From: Parasitella parasitica NRRL 2501
Taxonomy: Eukaryota > Fungi > Mucoromycota
DNA: 64,000 nt
Direction: 5' to 3'
NCBI GenBank assembly: GCA_025201805.1
Contig: MU619331.1
Location: 1-64,000 of the forward strand
Shown: one piece after another, positions 24,340 to 37,656 of the stretch
How the letters are laid out: each line of letters opens with the position of its first letter
Numbering within the stretch: the first letter of the stretch is position 1
Position numbers and translations under genes: made by a program
The notes under the pieces: model-generated
What the model was told of the DNA's origin: nothing
The model's database searches: none
What the model saw: only the letters and a program-made list of their open reading frames with translations

Positions 24340-26599
24340 ATTTCTAATGATATTCTATGTAAAAGAGAAAGAAAACACATAAAAATAAGATTCAATTTTG
24401 AACTTGAATTTCGTCATGCTTTACATCTTAATTGGTCCCTGAATACACTCCTCCTCCCGCCTTATAGTCTCATGTTGAGACGTTGAGCCCGCAGATACGG
24501 TATACATGTACGCTTGCACAAAATCTACCAGCTGTTATTATAATAAAGTGAATAAGCCATTCATCATAGGACACAAACAGATATGGCGTGTTGTGTGATA
24601 CTGTATTTACTCATTTTTTGTATACTACACTATATAACGGTATATTTGGTTTCACTCCTGCTACTATATAAATGGAATGCTGTATATCCATTTAATTTGG
24701 CTCCTTGAATCAGATATTTTTCATATAGTATACTAAGTAACAACAAAGCTACCAGTTCAAAGGTGGGTCTTGTATAAATGTCTATTGATGCCAATGCATT
24801 AGCCCGCTTATCATGTAACAAGTATAAATAAGCACTCTATTTATTCAAGAATACATTTTTAGATGCGAGCCATCACTCAGATAATCTTGGCTTCATGAAA
24901 TATCTAAGTTTAAGCCTTATTTGTGTGCTTTATTTTAAAAAAAACAAACTACCTCCAATCTTGGTTTCAAGAATGATTTGAGTTGTGCCAGATCTCCATA
25001 AGGGGATGGTAGATGATTGTATATAGTACTCAATGTGCTAGAACGAGACCTGACGCGCAGTAAATTTTTGCATAAATATTCTGTTTGACCGATTCAAAAA
25101 TAGTTTTGATGTACTGATAGCGCAATAAATAAATAAATAAAAGAAGCATTCTAATTCATTTTTCGCATATTTCTCATCTAATTTGATCCTTGCATTTATT
25201 TAAAATACAATATATCAGTCAAATTATGTATTCGAGCTTTATTATACCAAGTGAGCGAATGGCCTGAGATGGCCACATTATCTTTAGTAACGTCCTAAAA
25301 AAGATAAACGTTGATCTAATTGTTTTGTCCATAGAAACCATTATTTTAATCCCGTTGTCATGGTGATCGTTCCTGACCGGATCTAAGGTTTAGTGTCGCC
25401 GGTGATTACATAATCGATTGCGAAGGTAACTTGGCACGATTATATTGATTTGCTGCTTGAGTGTAAATAGGTCTTGATCTGGCAATAATAATATTGTGTT
25501 ATAATCTTGTTTAACAAAACGATCTGACTATATTCATAGATTGATTCATACTGATTTATTTTATATAAATAGAGGACTCTTCTTACCATTCAATAAAATC
25601 GTTAGTTTTGTGTCTAGTAAGTTAAGAGTCTTTGTTACTTTCCCAATTTTGCAACAAGAGTACTACTTAACGTAGCGTAACAGTTACGCATAAAAGTAGT
25701 TTGACCTAGCCTATGGTTAAAAAAATATTACTCTAGTATTTTAATAAAGGTATATTCTTCGTTCATCTATAAATCCCACCTCTGGGAAATAAAAAAGATT
25801 TCAGAAAGTTGACCCGAAGCACTGTAGGCGTATGATTAAGCCTTAAAATCCCCCCCCCCTTAAACACATGGCTAGAACCTTGCATCTATATGGATTCAAT
25901 TATTTTTGGTATTTGTTCATTTGTACGAGTATTTTCGTCCTTGGTACATGTTGGATTGTCAAATACCACTTGGTGGTAACATCTACCAGCAGTTTCTACC
26001 GTATTGAGAAACACTACTTTTTTGATCAGACAATTCCCAGTGACTTCATATCACTTGAACTTTTGCATGATGCTTCGCAAAGAAAACCTTTGCTTCTCCT
26101 TGTAAAAGTCCAAACAAGCATAAAATGGATACAGACGAAGCTTTTTTAAATCCTGTAAAGTACATATATTACACCCAAATCTGCACACCCAACTAATTTC
26201 CACTGATAGGATACCGTTTTAAGCATCTTCAAAAGCTCATTCAAGAATAAAAATTCAAAAAGTATATTTCTAACTTTATACACGAAAAGATTCGAAAAAA
26301 ACTGATTTTGTGTACACTCAGTCAACAAAGAAGCACTCCAGCTTTCTTGTGAGTTTTTGCGGCTATTTACAATAGGTATCCTGTCTTGTCGTCATACAAT
26401 GCATATGAAACTGATGCGTTAGTCCATTAGAGGCTGTTCATCGAGCTTCAGAGGAACAAGATAACCTCAATAAATCAGCTTTAGAAGAACAGGGCAGTTC
26501 AAACCAAAGAAAGAAGCTCGAATTGGAGAATTTGGAGAGAATATTACCACAGCTTTTATTAGATTTTTAAAGATGTAGGTAAAAATAAACAAAAAGGTT

Positions 26600-28681
26600 T
26601 TATCTGCTGCCGACATACGACGATCGACTACTGCTATTGCCACCTGCGGCATTGGCGCTCCTGCGACTAGTCTTTCGGCGCAAAGACCCACCGCCAGCAC
26701 CACTACCAGAACTAAAATTGATATTATGAAGACCCATATGGTGAGGATGTGGATGTGGAGGTCCCATTTCGCCATACATGTTCAACATTGAATTAGGTGG
26801 CGGTGGTGGCGGCGGTGGTGGTGGAGGTGGTGGTGGATGATGATGATGTCCTCCCATCATATGTGGATGCGGGGGCATTGGAGGAGGTCCACTCAGTGAC
26901 ATTTGATATAGCATTGCCCTAAAGTCTTCGTCATCTGCTTCGTCCAGTTGACGGAATACGTCTTCAGGCTCCTCATCGGAAGCACTCAATTTATGTGATT
27001 TACTAGATTTTGTATTGCGATGAATAGATGATCTTCTTGAATGGGGTAGCGATTCAGTATAAGGAGAAAGGTCATTCATCATCCAAGGCTGTGGCGGCGG
27101 TGGAGGTGGTAATGGAGGCCCCTGCTGTCGGCCATACATGGGCATCATACCTGGGTGTGGTGGACCTGACATGAATGGGTTTGGTGGAGGTGGAGGTGGT
27201 GGCGGCGGCGGCGGTGGTGGTGGGGGGTGCATTGAGGGAGGAGGCCCATATCTGGCACTGCTTGATCTTTGGCTCGAATAAAAGCCATTCATAGCAGCAG
27301 CCATTGCTTCATCTTCCATAGCAGCAGTATTCTCATCCGCATGACAAAAATCTAGCTCATCACCAGTCTCTTCTTCATCCGGGAATTCTCGATTATATGG
27401 CGAATTACCATAGTGATGCCGCATGTACATCATTCGATCATACCCGCCACTGCTTCTGTTTGATTTATCTTTGGGCGGCGGGCCATAATACATGCGTCTG
27501 TCCATCATATATGGAGGCATAGGAGGTGGTGGAGGCACTATGCCATAAAGGCTATTATCCATCATGTCGTATTGGGGAGGATAGAATCTTCTCTGCTGAT
27601 GATAATGGGGCGAATAGTCATCAAATGAACGTCTTTTTTCCTTGCTTTTATTGTTAAATTCAGAATGGCGGTAGCCATCAGGTGACCCAGGTGCGTAATG
27701 GTGTTCCATTGCGGGTGCACCTCGATCATCTGGGGGAGCAGTGTTTTCCTCGTCATTGTTATGTTGCTGCTGCTGTTGCTGGCCTCTTTTTGTACTAGAT
27801 CTTGATTTATAGTATGAAGCATGTCTTTTGCCGCTGCTGTATGGCCTGGATATGTCGGCAGCATTCAGTTGATATTCATCGTTCTTGAGCTCCTCCAGAT
27901 AGTTGGCTCTCGCAGTAACATGCCGAAGCCGGCGCTGCAGTTCCATTACCTCCATTTGCAGCAAATAATTTTCTTCCATGATTGCGTGTATGTCTTGAAC
28001 AGACAATTGATCTGTGCGGAATGGCATTGGAGGTCGCATTGACGACGATTTGTAAGAGCTGCTTTTGTTGCCACTGCCATGACGATTAGGATGGTTTTGT
28101 TGGTGCTTATGGTACTGAGGCGATGGCGGTTGTCCTGCTGCTGACCTTTGCATGGACGGTGCTGGATGATCGTAGACTTCTTTTTGTTGATCATTGTTGT
28201 GGTTGTTTTTAGATCTTTTACTGTCTGACTGGTTACTGCTGTTATTGTTGGGTATTTCGGTACCGGCACCGGTGGCGGCGGCGGTGGTGGTGGTGCCTGC
28301 CGAATGGTTTGGCTCATTATTGAACGAAAAGTGTCGAATCATTGATTCGACATTAGTGGAAGGGGCGTTCAAGACATTCTTGATATCTGACGAAGAAATA
28401 CCCCTTCTGCTTTGCGAGGTTGCTGAGGATGATGCAGTCATCGTAGGTGGGTTCTTGTGCTGCCTTAGTTGATCACTATCCATCCAAGAATTAGATGGGG
28501 CAGAGCTGGATAAAGGTTGATTGCTAACAAAATTATCCTTTGTAGATGTACCGGCTCTGCTATTCTTTGGCTGATGGTTTAGCTCGTAGTCGTAATATTT
28601 TCTGGCATCTTCTTTTGGGTCTTCTGTCATCATTCTTTGCTGCTGTTGTTGTTGTGTATTGATAGCATTTTCTTTTGACAT
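26600..28681 (-). CDS. Low-complexity Pro/Met/Gln-rich hypothetical protein with a short coiled coil (~693 aa)
   Basis: Long intronless ORF from MSKENAIN; polyproline runs; coiled coil EENYLLQMEVMELQRRL. Confidence 0.75.
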   Translation of the reverse strand: MSKENAINTQQQQQQRMMTEDPKEDARKYYDYELNHQPKNSRAGTSTKDNFVSNQPLSSSAPSNSWMDSDQLRQHKNPPTMTASSSATSQSRRGISSSDIKNVLNAPSTNVESMIRHFSFNNEPNHSAGTTTTAAATGAGTEIPNNNSSNQSDSKRSKNNHNNDQQKEVYDHPAPSMQRSAAGQPPSPQYHKHQQNHPNRHGSGNKSSSYKSSSMRPPMPFRTDQLSVQDIHAIMEENYLLQMEVMELQRRLRHVTARANYLEELKNDEYQLNAADISRPYSSGKRHASYYKSRSSTKRGQQQQQQHNNDEENTAPPDDRGAPAMEHHYAPGSPDGYRHSEFNNKSKEKRRSFDDYSPHYHQQRRFYPPQYDMMDNSLYGIVPPPPPMPPYMMDRRMYYGPPPKDKSNRSSGGYDRMMYMRHHYGNSPYNREFPDEEETGDELDFCHADENTAAMEDEAMAAAMNGFYSSQRSSSARYGPPPSMHPPPPPPPPPPPPPPPNPFMSGPPHPGMMPMYGRQQGPPLPPPPPPQPWMMNDLSPYTESLPHSRRSSIHRNTKSSKSHKLSASDEEPEDVFRQLDEADDEDFRAMLYQMSLSGPPPMPPHPHMMGGHHHHPPPPPPPPPPPPPPNSMLNMYGEMGPPHPHPHHMGLHNINFSSGSGAGGGSLRRKTSRRSANAAGGNSSSRSSYVGSR

Positions 28682-29045
28682 GGTCAAATGAAAAAGAGAG
28701 AGAGAAAAAAAGGTAAGCTGTAAAAATGTAAAGGTGTAAAAAAAAAAATAAGAGAAATGGAAGAGAAGAGAAACAGTTCTAAAACTAGTTGTTTGTTTAC
28801 ATTTATATTCTCTCAAAGATACAAAGATCCTCACATTGCTGTAATCTGATCACAGGTGACAAAATCACTTCCAGGCACATGTCCAAATATGGAGCAACCG
28901 AACACCCTTATAAACGTTCGGTCCGGATCTATTTGAAGCCATAGTTTCAAGGTTATTCTCACTCAGCGAGAACGTACAAGCAATTGAGCGTATTGAAAAC
29001 CATAGTACCTCCTCTTTCAGCTCCCATAAGCACCCATTTTGAACA

Positions 29046-29840
29046 ATGAAGTAATGTATCACTCTCTATCGAAAATGAGAGACATCCATGATATCGACAT
29101 TAGATTATGCTGCATGATTGAATTGTGGATGGATGAAATATAAAATTTTACTAGATGGATTCTAACATGGATTCATATCCAATTTTTTTGTGTTGTTTAA
29201 AGGCTTGAGATTTGCTCCTTCTCTGGTCACAAGATTTATCCTGCCAAGGGTAAGACCTACGTCCGCATCGACTCTAGGTAATTTACGAGATCAAACAGTT
29301 GTAGCCACTGCATAACTAACATTTTATCTATAGAGTAAGAAATCAACATACTCAAGTTTGAGTACAATTCTAATTTTTTTTTTTTTAATGCTGTACAGAT
29401 TTTCCGTTTCATCAACGGTAAGGCCGCCTCTTATTCCCTTCAACGCTTGAACCCTCGCAAGATCAGATGGACCGTCATCTACCGTCGTTTGAACAAGAAG
29501 GGTATGGCTGAGGAAATCCAAAAGAAGCGTGCTCGTCGTACCGTCAAGCACGAACGTGCTGTTGTTGGTGCCTCTTGGGATGCCATCCGTGCCAAGCGCA
29601 ACCAAAAGCCTGATGCTCGTGCTGCTGCTCGTCAAGCCGCTATTTCCAAGTCCAAGGATGCCAAGAAGGCTGCTGCTGCTGCCAAGAAGGCTGCTAACCC
29701 TGCCGTAAGTTGATTGATTTTTTGTGGGAAATAGGCCAATCTCTCATATTTTTCTATTTGTGTATTAGGGCTCTCAAGCCAAGGTTAGCAAGCAACAAGC
29801 CAAGGGCTTCGCCCCTAAGGCCGCTGCCACCTCTCGCTAA
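29046..29840 (+). CDS. RPL24: 60S ribosomal protein L24 (eL24); 5 exons including a 1-nt exon at 29334
   Basis: [35 protein letters not shown]...NPRKIRWTVIYRRLNKKG. Exons 29046-29050, 29203-29277, 29334, 29399-29704, 29769-29840. Confidence 0.95.
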
Positions 29841-30187
29841 ATTGCTTACATCCGACAATTTTAAAATTATGAATAAAAAATGTAATGCATTGTTTATTTA
29901 AGCCAACTTTTTGACAGTTTGCCACTATGCATTATGGAGAAATGGTGGTTTTTGATGAGAAATCATACAGGTTCGTTACTCATATCGTGGCGGTATGCTT
30001 AATCACATTTAAAATGTGCTGCCATGCAACAGATAGTTTGTTTTACATGCAGAAATACAAGGACATTGTACACTTATAGCGTCTCACGGCTACGGCTAGG
30101 CAGATATTGAGGATGGCTTTTATTTTGTGAACAAAACAGTGCAGTAACCCAACCGCCACTGTCCAGGCGATATTCTTCAGAGACAAT

Positions 30188-31227
30188 TTAACGACCTATT
30201 GACAGTTTTAGTTAGTAAAAAGCATGTAAAATACCACTGACATGTGCATTTAAACTTGCCCATCCATCCACCATCAACAACAAGCAATTCCCCATTGACA
30301 TAATTGCTTGCTTGACTAGCCAAGAATACAAGGGGGCCCTTCAAATCTTCTGATTTACCATAACGCTGGGCAGGAATACGAGCTAAAATGTCGTGGTTGC
30401 GAGTTTTATCATTTCTCAAGGCATCTGTCATGTCAGTAGCAATATAGCCTATATCATACAGACGTGTCTATTCGCATTAGTACAAATTCCAACACAACGG
30501 ACACTTTTATAGCATTACCTGGTGCAATGGCATTGACATTGACGTTAAACTGTGCCCATTCGTTTGCCAATGCTTTAGTTAGCGTTGCAACACCACCTTT
30601 TGATGCTGCGTAAGACACAACGTTGAGACCTCCTTGGTAGCTCATTAAGCTGGCAGTGTTGATGATCTTGCCGGATTTCTGTGCGATCATGTGCTTGCCT
30701 GCCGCTTGAGACAAGGCGAATACAGACTTTAAATTGCATTGCATCACTGAATCCCAATCTTCTTCTAAAAAGTCAACAGCTCTTAAGCGCGTATACGCAC
30801 ATGAATAAGATTTTAACATATCATAATTACGAGAGAACAAAATGGTTTCTTACGGCTTTCGTTTTACAATGCCTGCATTGTTTACTAAAATATCTAGTCT
30901 ACCATCAAACTTGCTAAGGACTGATGGAATGCAGTTTTGAATACTGGATTGATCGTTAGCATCCAAAAAGACGATATGGCACTGGCGTCCAAGGGCAATG
31001 ATTTCAGTATATACACTGAGATCTTGTGTGTTTCTTTGCAGCAAACAGACATCTAGAGTAGAACAAATTGTCAGCAATAGTACGCATACGTCACGAACGT
31101 TGTGGATGAAAGCACACTTACCGGCACCAGCCTCTGCCAACGCAACTGCCATGTCACGACCAATACCTCTAGTGCAGCCTGAAATAGCTGCTACTTTGCC
31201 ATCAAGAGAAAACAGATCTTTGCTCAT
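30188..31227 (-). CDS. Short-chain dehydrogenase, KduD-like (2-dehydro-3-deoxy-D-gluconate 5-dehydrogenase); multi-exon
   Basis: [41 protein letters not shown]; ends VDGGWMGR* via a GC-AG intron. Confidence 0.87.
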
Positions 31228-31254
31228 ACTTATTGATAGGATGTAATCTTGATG

Positions 31255-31344
31255 NNNNNNNNNNNNNNNNNNNNNNNNNNNNNNNNNNNNNNNNNNNNNN
31301 NNNNNNNNNNNNNNNNNNNNNNNNNNNNNNNNNNNNNNNNNNNN
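31255..31344. other. Assembly gap (N run)
   Basis: Run of N. Confidence 1.
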
Positions 31345-31499
31345 AAAAAAAAAAAAAAAAAAGAAAAAGTAGCTTACAAATTACTTTGTTGAGCTTTTGG
31401 GGCACTAGCGGGCAATAATTAGCCTCTGTTTTTGCTGTAATACCGTATGTGTGTGGGGTTCCGAGAATACATCACCCACAGTTTATTACAGTTTGTCTC

Positions 31500-32070
31500 G
31501 GGACCTTTAATCCCAAATTAAGATTGAAGATCGCTGTTATTTATATATCCATCAAAATGATCATTTATTTACCTTACCAATTCCGGGCAATACTTTCCTT
31601 CAAACCACGAGGCTTTGAGAGAAGATTTTTTCTTGCTGATGTACCATTAGATGCCCCGTTGAACAAAAGTGCAATTCGTATACTGTTGCGCGCGTACCGA
31701 CGAGGTATTTCGTATCTTGCTCTGCCACAGAGTCGCATTCATCATTATCATACGCTATTGGTGTAGCAAGCTAAATTCCAAAAGCGAATTTGGTTGTAAT
31801 ACCGTTTATTGCTATAGCTACTAGGATAGTATGCGTTATACCACGAGTAATATGTGCTTCCACTATTGCTGACATACCACTGATTGAGCAGGTATTGGAA
31901 CTCTTCATATTGATGTTGGAGCCAGTTTCGCCCAAGAAGGTGCAATCATCGAGACATTTTACATCCGTAATTTCTGCCCATTTCGAGCCAAAGATTGCTC
32001 TAAGGTCAGGCTGACGTTCTCCAATGCTCCCATTGAATTGTGTGTTGTTGTTTAGGAGTATTTATTTATA
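31500..32070 (-). mobile_element. Degenerate Tc1/IS630-like transposase remnant
   Basis: Minus-strand translation of 31980-31801 gives WAEITDVKCLDDCTFLGETGSNINMKSSNTCSISGMSAIVEAHITRGITHTILVAI. This resembles the CVFIDE.GFNINM...AIVE..TR...HTILGAI segment of IS630/Tc1 transposases, with the catalytic D lost and stops nearby. It lies between two gaps. Confidence 0.62.
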
Positions 32071-32482
32071 AATCAGCAATATGTCTTTGCGTTCCTCCTG
32101 AAATTGCGAGGACTTTTGAATAGACATACTCGTCTGCTTTTCGTAAATATTTCATGTGGGGATCTATTCTCACCTCAACTTGAGCCTTGCAAGCAGCAGG
32201 GGCGATTACTCACAGCTTGATTCTAACACAGGAAAATAAAGCTGTCTTTGCACATTATTTTAATTATTTAGACCCTTTCTTAAATGATATTTATTGGATC
32301 GCCTGAATTGGCCATGGATATTTATACAATATACATTTGAAGGCCATGCCCAATAGGTACTGTTGCTATGTGAAGTATATCCATTATCAATTAGCGAAAT
32401 AGATCGGCCCCGCAGAATGTGCCGTGCGCTCAAATCATTGGAACTTTCTGTTACGGGTCCGTAAATTTTACCGACTGATACA

Positions 32483-32552
32483 NNNNNNNNNNNNNNNNNN
32501 NNNNNNNNNNNNNNNNNNNNNNNNNNNNNNNNNNNNNNNNNNNNNNNNNNNN
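32483..32552. other. Assembly gap (N run)
   Basis: Run of N. Confidence 1.
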
Positions 32553-32982
32553 ATTTTTATGAGACCAGTGATTTGATAAATTCCAAATTGTGTCTGCGCA
32601 CATAGCAAGTCATTGTTTAATGATGTCTTTTGCATTGAGAGTATGCATGTATGTCATTTCGAATTGATGATCTTCACTTTGGGACAGTGTGCCACTGATA
32701 TTTATAGATGGCTGACTGGAGCATATTTATCCGAAGATACAAAAGAAAAGGATCATAAAACATCCGCCAATGTTACTTTATTCCACGTGGTACACTGCAA
32801 AATGAAAGAAAAAAAAAAAAAACTAATTCAACAACAGAAAGTTTAATTGTACTCGTTCTTCTTTTTTTTTTTTTTGGATTGAGTGATTCTGTTATTCTGT
32901 TATTCTGTTATTCTTTTCCTCTTTTCTTCTTTTTCCTCTTTTCCTCTTTCTTCTTTGCTCTTCTAGTGTTGTTTACTATCAA

Positions 32983-35900
32983 ATGAAATTCACAACTCGA
33001 GCCATCAACTTTGTCAAAAGAAACAAGAAAGCAGATGAGGACGACCAAGATGACGCCAATGACAACGATCAGCAGCAACAATTGCGACGCATGGAATCCA
33101 CATCATCGTATATGCAGCAGAGAAGACACATCTACGTCAATATGAAGCTACCATCCTCAGAATACGACGACAAAGGAAATCAGATTCATCACAATTATGC
33201 CGGCAATAGAGTGCGAACAGCTAAATACACTCCACTTTCATTTGTGCCAAAGAATTTGTTTGAGCAGTTTCGGAACGTTGCAAACTTGTACTTTTTATTC
33301 CTGGTCATCCTGCAGTGCATTCCTCTGTTTGGCGTGACAGAGCCTGCTGTGTCTGCATTGCCGCTCATTTGTATCCTCATCATCACAGCCATCAAGGATG
33401 CTCTGGAAGACTGGAAGCGTAACCAAAGCGATGATAAAGTAAACAACTCTCATGTGCTCAAACTAACAAATTGGCGCAACGTAAATGTGCCTGAGATCCG
33501 AAAAGGAACATGGTATTTCCTGCATGTTGTTGCCGGATTCTTTGCAGTTATGTCAGGTGCTGATAACAAATATGCGCACAGCTATCGACAAGCCATTGCT
33601 CCATCAGCATCAGCATCAGCATCAGCGTCATCATCATCGGCATCATTATCCATCAATGACCAACCTAATATCAAATCGTCAGAAGACCGCTTGCCTTTGA
33701 CTGAAATAGAGCAAAATGAATTCCCACCGCCACCGCCACAATCACAATCACAGCTACAACTACCTACCAAAACGCTGATGAAAAGCGTCAGAGAACGATC
33801 AGATACCATTCGATCAGGTGTTTCTGGTATTTTTAGCAGGTCCCATAATAACCACACAACCACCAATTTGGAGTTAGAGAAAAAGCCTTATCGTCCAGGT
33901 TCAATTCCACATTCTGTGTTATATCGTGTGTCGACAAAAGATTCTGCTGCTGCTGCCATGTCATCTCGCATCACTGAAGAAGGGCAAGAATATGAAGAAG
34001 TTGACAGAGCAACTTCGTCCCTGAGGCCAATGCCAAGTCATCATAATACTCAGCCGATCAAATGCGCTGATGGTTTCCCCGGAGACCCTCCCTCGGCAAC
34101 ATGTCAGGTGAAATGGGACAACGTCAAATGGAAAGACCTGAACGTTGGAGACTACGTGTTACTAGAGGACAACCGAGATATCCCAGCAGACATAGTCGTA
34201 CTGTCGACTTCAGAAGCAGACAATGTTTGCTATGTAGAAACTCAAAATTTAGACGGTGAAACCAACTTGAAGCAGCGTCAAGGACTACCTGGCACATCTG
34301 GCCTGCGTACAGAACATGATTGCGAACGTGCTCGCTTTTACATTGAAAGCGAGCCTCCACATGTCAATATCTATCAATACAATGCAGTGTTGCGCTGGCA
34401 AATTGACGCAGACGAAGCAGACACCGTCCGATCGGGCGTATCACATGAAAAAGCGGATGCCGTAACATACAACAACATCCTGCTGAGAGGCTGTGTTTTG
34501 AGAAACACAAAATGGGCCATCGGTATCGTTGTTTATACCGGAAACGATACCAAGATTATGATGAACACAGGCCGCACACCCTCAAAGCGTAGCAAAATTG
34601 CCAAGGCTACCAACCCTCACGTAAGTATGGGGATCCACATGTGCCTGTTTCCTTTTATTAAGCTCTTTGTTTTCAGGTTATTGCCAACTTTTGTATTTTG
34701 GCTTTCATTTGCATCGTCAGTTCGATAATGGACAGTGTTCAGTTTCATGGAAAAGGCTCCTCGCGACATTTCGACTTTGGAATCGAAGGTTCAAATGCGT
34801 CCTATTCTGGTTTTGTTACATTTTGGTAAGTTTGCATATATGGCTATTTTTACATATGCGTGTACTAAGGCATCCATGCACAATAAATAGGGTGACACTG
34901 ATTTTGTACCAGAGTATTGTGCCTATTTCTTTGTACATCTCAGTCGAAATCGTAAAAACATTGGCGGTACGTACAAAGCAGTTATGCATGCACCATGACG
35001 TTATTTTTTTTTAATATCCCAAGTTTAGGCCTATTTCATCTTTGCAGATCTCGACATGTATCATGCTGAGACGGATACGCCCTGCATTGCAAAAACGTGG
35101 AATATTTCGGACGATCTTGGACAAATCGAATACATCTTTTCAGATAAAACTGGAACACTGACTCAAAATGTGATGGAATACAAAAAGTGCACCATCAACG
35201 GAGTTTCCTACGGCGCTGCTACAACAGAGGCTACAATGGGTGCACTAAAGAGACAGCAAAGTCAGCGTAATTTTAGACAATCCACAATTGATGATACTCG
35301 ATTTAGCATGAACGACCCTATTCAAAATGTTGGACCCGATGCCACTGAAATGGAGAAAATGAAAACCTCAATGTTTGAAAAACAGGCCATGCTGTACAAG
35401 AACCCTCATATCGGCGACAACCCAACATTTGTAGACCCTAAGCTATTCGATGACTTGCAGGACGAATCGTCCGAGCAAGCTGCTGCCATCACCCTTTTCT
35501 ACCAAACTTTGGCACTCTGCCATACGGTCATTGCTGAACGACCTGATAAAGACAACCCAGATCGCATCGATTACAAGGCACAATCACCTGATGAAGCTGC
35601 GCTTGTTGCAACAGCAAGGGATATGGGCTTCGCTTTTCTGGGTCGCGATACCAACAAGCTGTCCATCAGAGTCAAAAGCGAAGAAAAGACCTTTACACTT
35701 TTGAACGTCCTAGAGTTCAATTCGAATAGAAAGCGTATGAGCGTCATTATCAAGCCATCCGACAGTGATCGTATTGTGTTACTTTGTAAGGGTGCTGATT
35801 CTGTCATTTATGAGCGTCTATGTGCCGATTTTGGTCACCAACACGAACTGGAAAAAAAGCAGCAAGAGTTACGAGATGCTACTACCACGGATTTAGAGCG

Positions 35901-37656
35901 ATTTGCCAATGAGGGTATGTTTGTGATGCATAAATTTCTAAAGTCTTCTAAATTTGACCCTATACATAGGCCTTCGTACACTGTGTTTATCGTATCGCTT
36001 CATTTCTGCCGAAGAATACAAGCCGTGGAACAGAAGGTTTCAGGAGGCGGCCGCCAGTATCCACAATCGCGAAGAACGTCTAGACGCAGTCAGCGAAGAG
36101 ATTGAGCAAAATATGCTGTTGATGGGTGGGACAGCTATTGAGGATAGACTGCAAGAAGGTGTTCCAGAGACCATTGCTGAGCTCACCAAGTCTGGCATTA
36201 AACTGTGGGTGCTCACCGGTGACAAGACCGAAACTGCCATCAACATCGGATTTGCCTGCAATCTATTGACCACTGATATGGAGCTGCTTATTTTGAAGAC
36301 AAGTAACCGTGCTGATACTAACCAGCTACTGGATGACACTCTGAGAAAGCTTGACAAAGAGGCTGAGACTGAAGCAGAAGCTGCAATAGGTGCGAGAAAA
36401 TACGCTTTGATTATTGATGGCACTACCTTGAAGTACGCCCTGGAGAATGCTACTCGCGATAAAGTGCTTGCGCTTGGTATGCGCTGTACTAGTGTCATTT
36501 GCTGTCGTGTTAGCCCCAAACAAAAAGCCCAAGTTGTAAATCTCGTCAAGAAGGGATTGAAGGTCATGACATTAGCTATTGGCGATGGCGCTAATGATGT
36601 GTCCATGATTCAAGAAGCTAATGTAGGCATTGGTATCTCTGGTGTTGAAGGCCGTCAAGCAGTGATGGCTTCTGATTACGCTATTGCTCAATTCCGCTAT
36701 TTAAGAAAGTTGTTGCTGGTGCATGGCCGTTGGTCCTACCTTCGCATTGCTGAAATGATTATGGGCTTCTTTTTCAAGAATATCGTTTGGACTTTTGTCT
36801 TGTTTTGGTACCAGATCTTTTGCCAGTAAGCGCTTTGTTGAGGTGTGTCGATTAGACAGGAAACTAATAATTATGTAACAGGTTTAATGGCTCTATGATG
36901 TTTGATTACTCATTGATCACTCTATACAACCTTGTATTTACATCTCTTCCCATCATCTTTCTTGGTATCTGGGACCAGGACCTGAATGCAAAATTATCTC
37001 TCAAGCATCCTCAATTGTACCGTATGGGCATAAGAAATGACAAGTTCAAAGCATGGCGATTCTGGTTAACCAGTGTAGACTCCGTCTTTCAGTCAGTTGT
37101 GTGCTTCTTCTTCCCCTACATGTTACTTGTAGCAGGTGGCATTGACCCTAATGGCTATGATGCTAATGGCTTGTATGAGATTGGCACGATTGTATCGGGT
37201 ATTTCCGTGTGTGTTGCCAATTTCTTTGTCGTGTTTTCCCTGTACAGCTATACTTGGCTCCATGCTGTTGTAAATGGTTTGTCCATCCTCGTTTATTATG
37301 CGTTTGTTGCTGTATATTCTCAGTTCAATACCTTTATCTTTGCTGGGCATCTGCGTTTGCTCGGTACTGGTTCCTACTGGCTTGTACTCATCCTAACCTG
37401 CGTTGCCTGCTTCATTCCTCGCGTAACTGCTAAACATTATTTGCACCAGTATCACCCGTATGATAATGATATCATCCGTGAAATTGAACTAGTAATATAC
37501 AATGGCATAAACGGTCGAGATGATGAAATACCTTGTGAAGATATAGTTGACGTTGATGAGGAGCTGGCCTCAAGATCAACACCGTATTCACTGTGTCAAG
37601 ATCGCAGAGAAGAACCGTCTTTACAAAAACAGCAACAGCTAGAACAGGCCGAATAA
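32983..37656 (+). CDS. P4-type ATPase phospholipid flippase (Dnf1/Dnf2-like); multi-exon
   Basis: NRVRTAKY..FVPKNLFEQF, NLDGETNLK, PISLY, SDKTGTLT, QSPDEAALV, WVLTGDK, GDGANDVSMIQ. Confidence 0.95.

Noticed and set aside
25843-26460. Short ORFs and a CCCCCCCCCCTTAA tract resembling TTAAGGGGGGG at ~859; possible transposon end
   Set aside because: No matching partner end or transposase motif nearby; the match is low-complexity.
29324-29635. Antisense ORFs over RPL24 (also RPS23, PFK, P4-ATPase)
   Set aside because: Shadow ORFs expected from biased codon usage on the coding strand.
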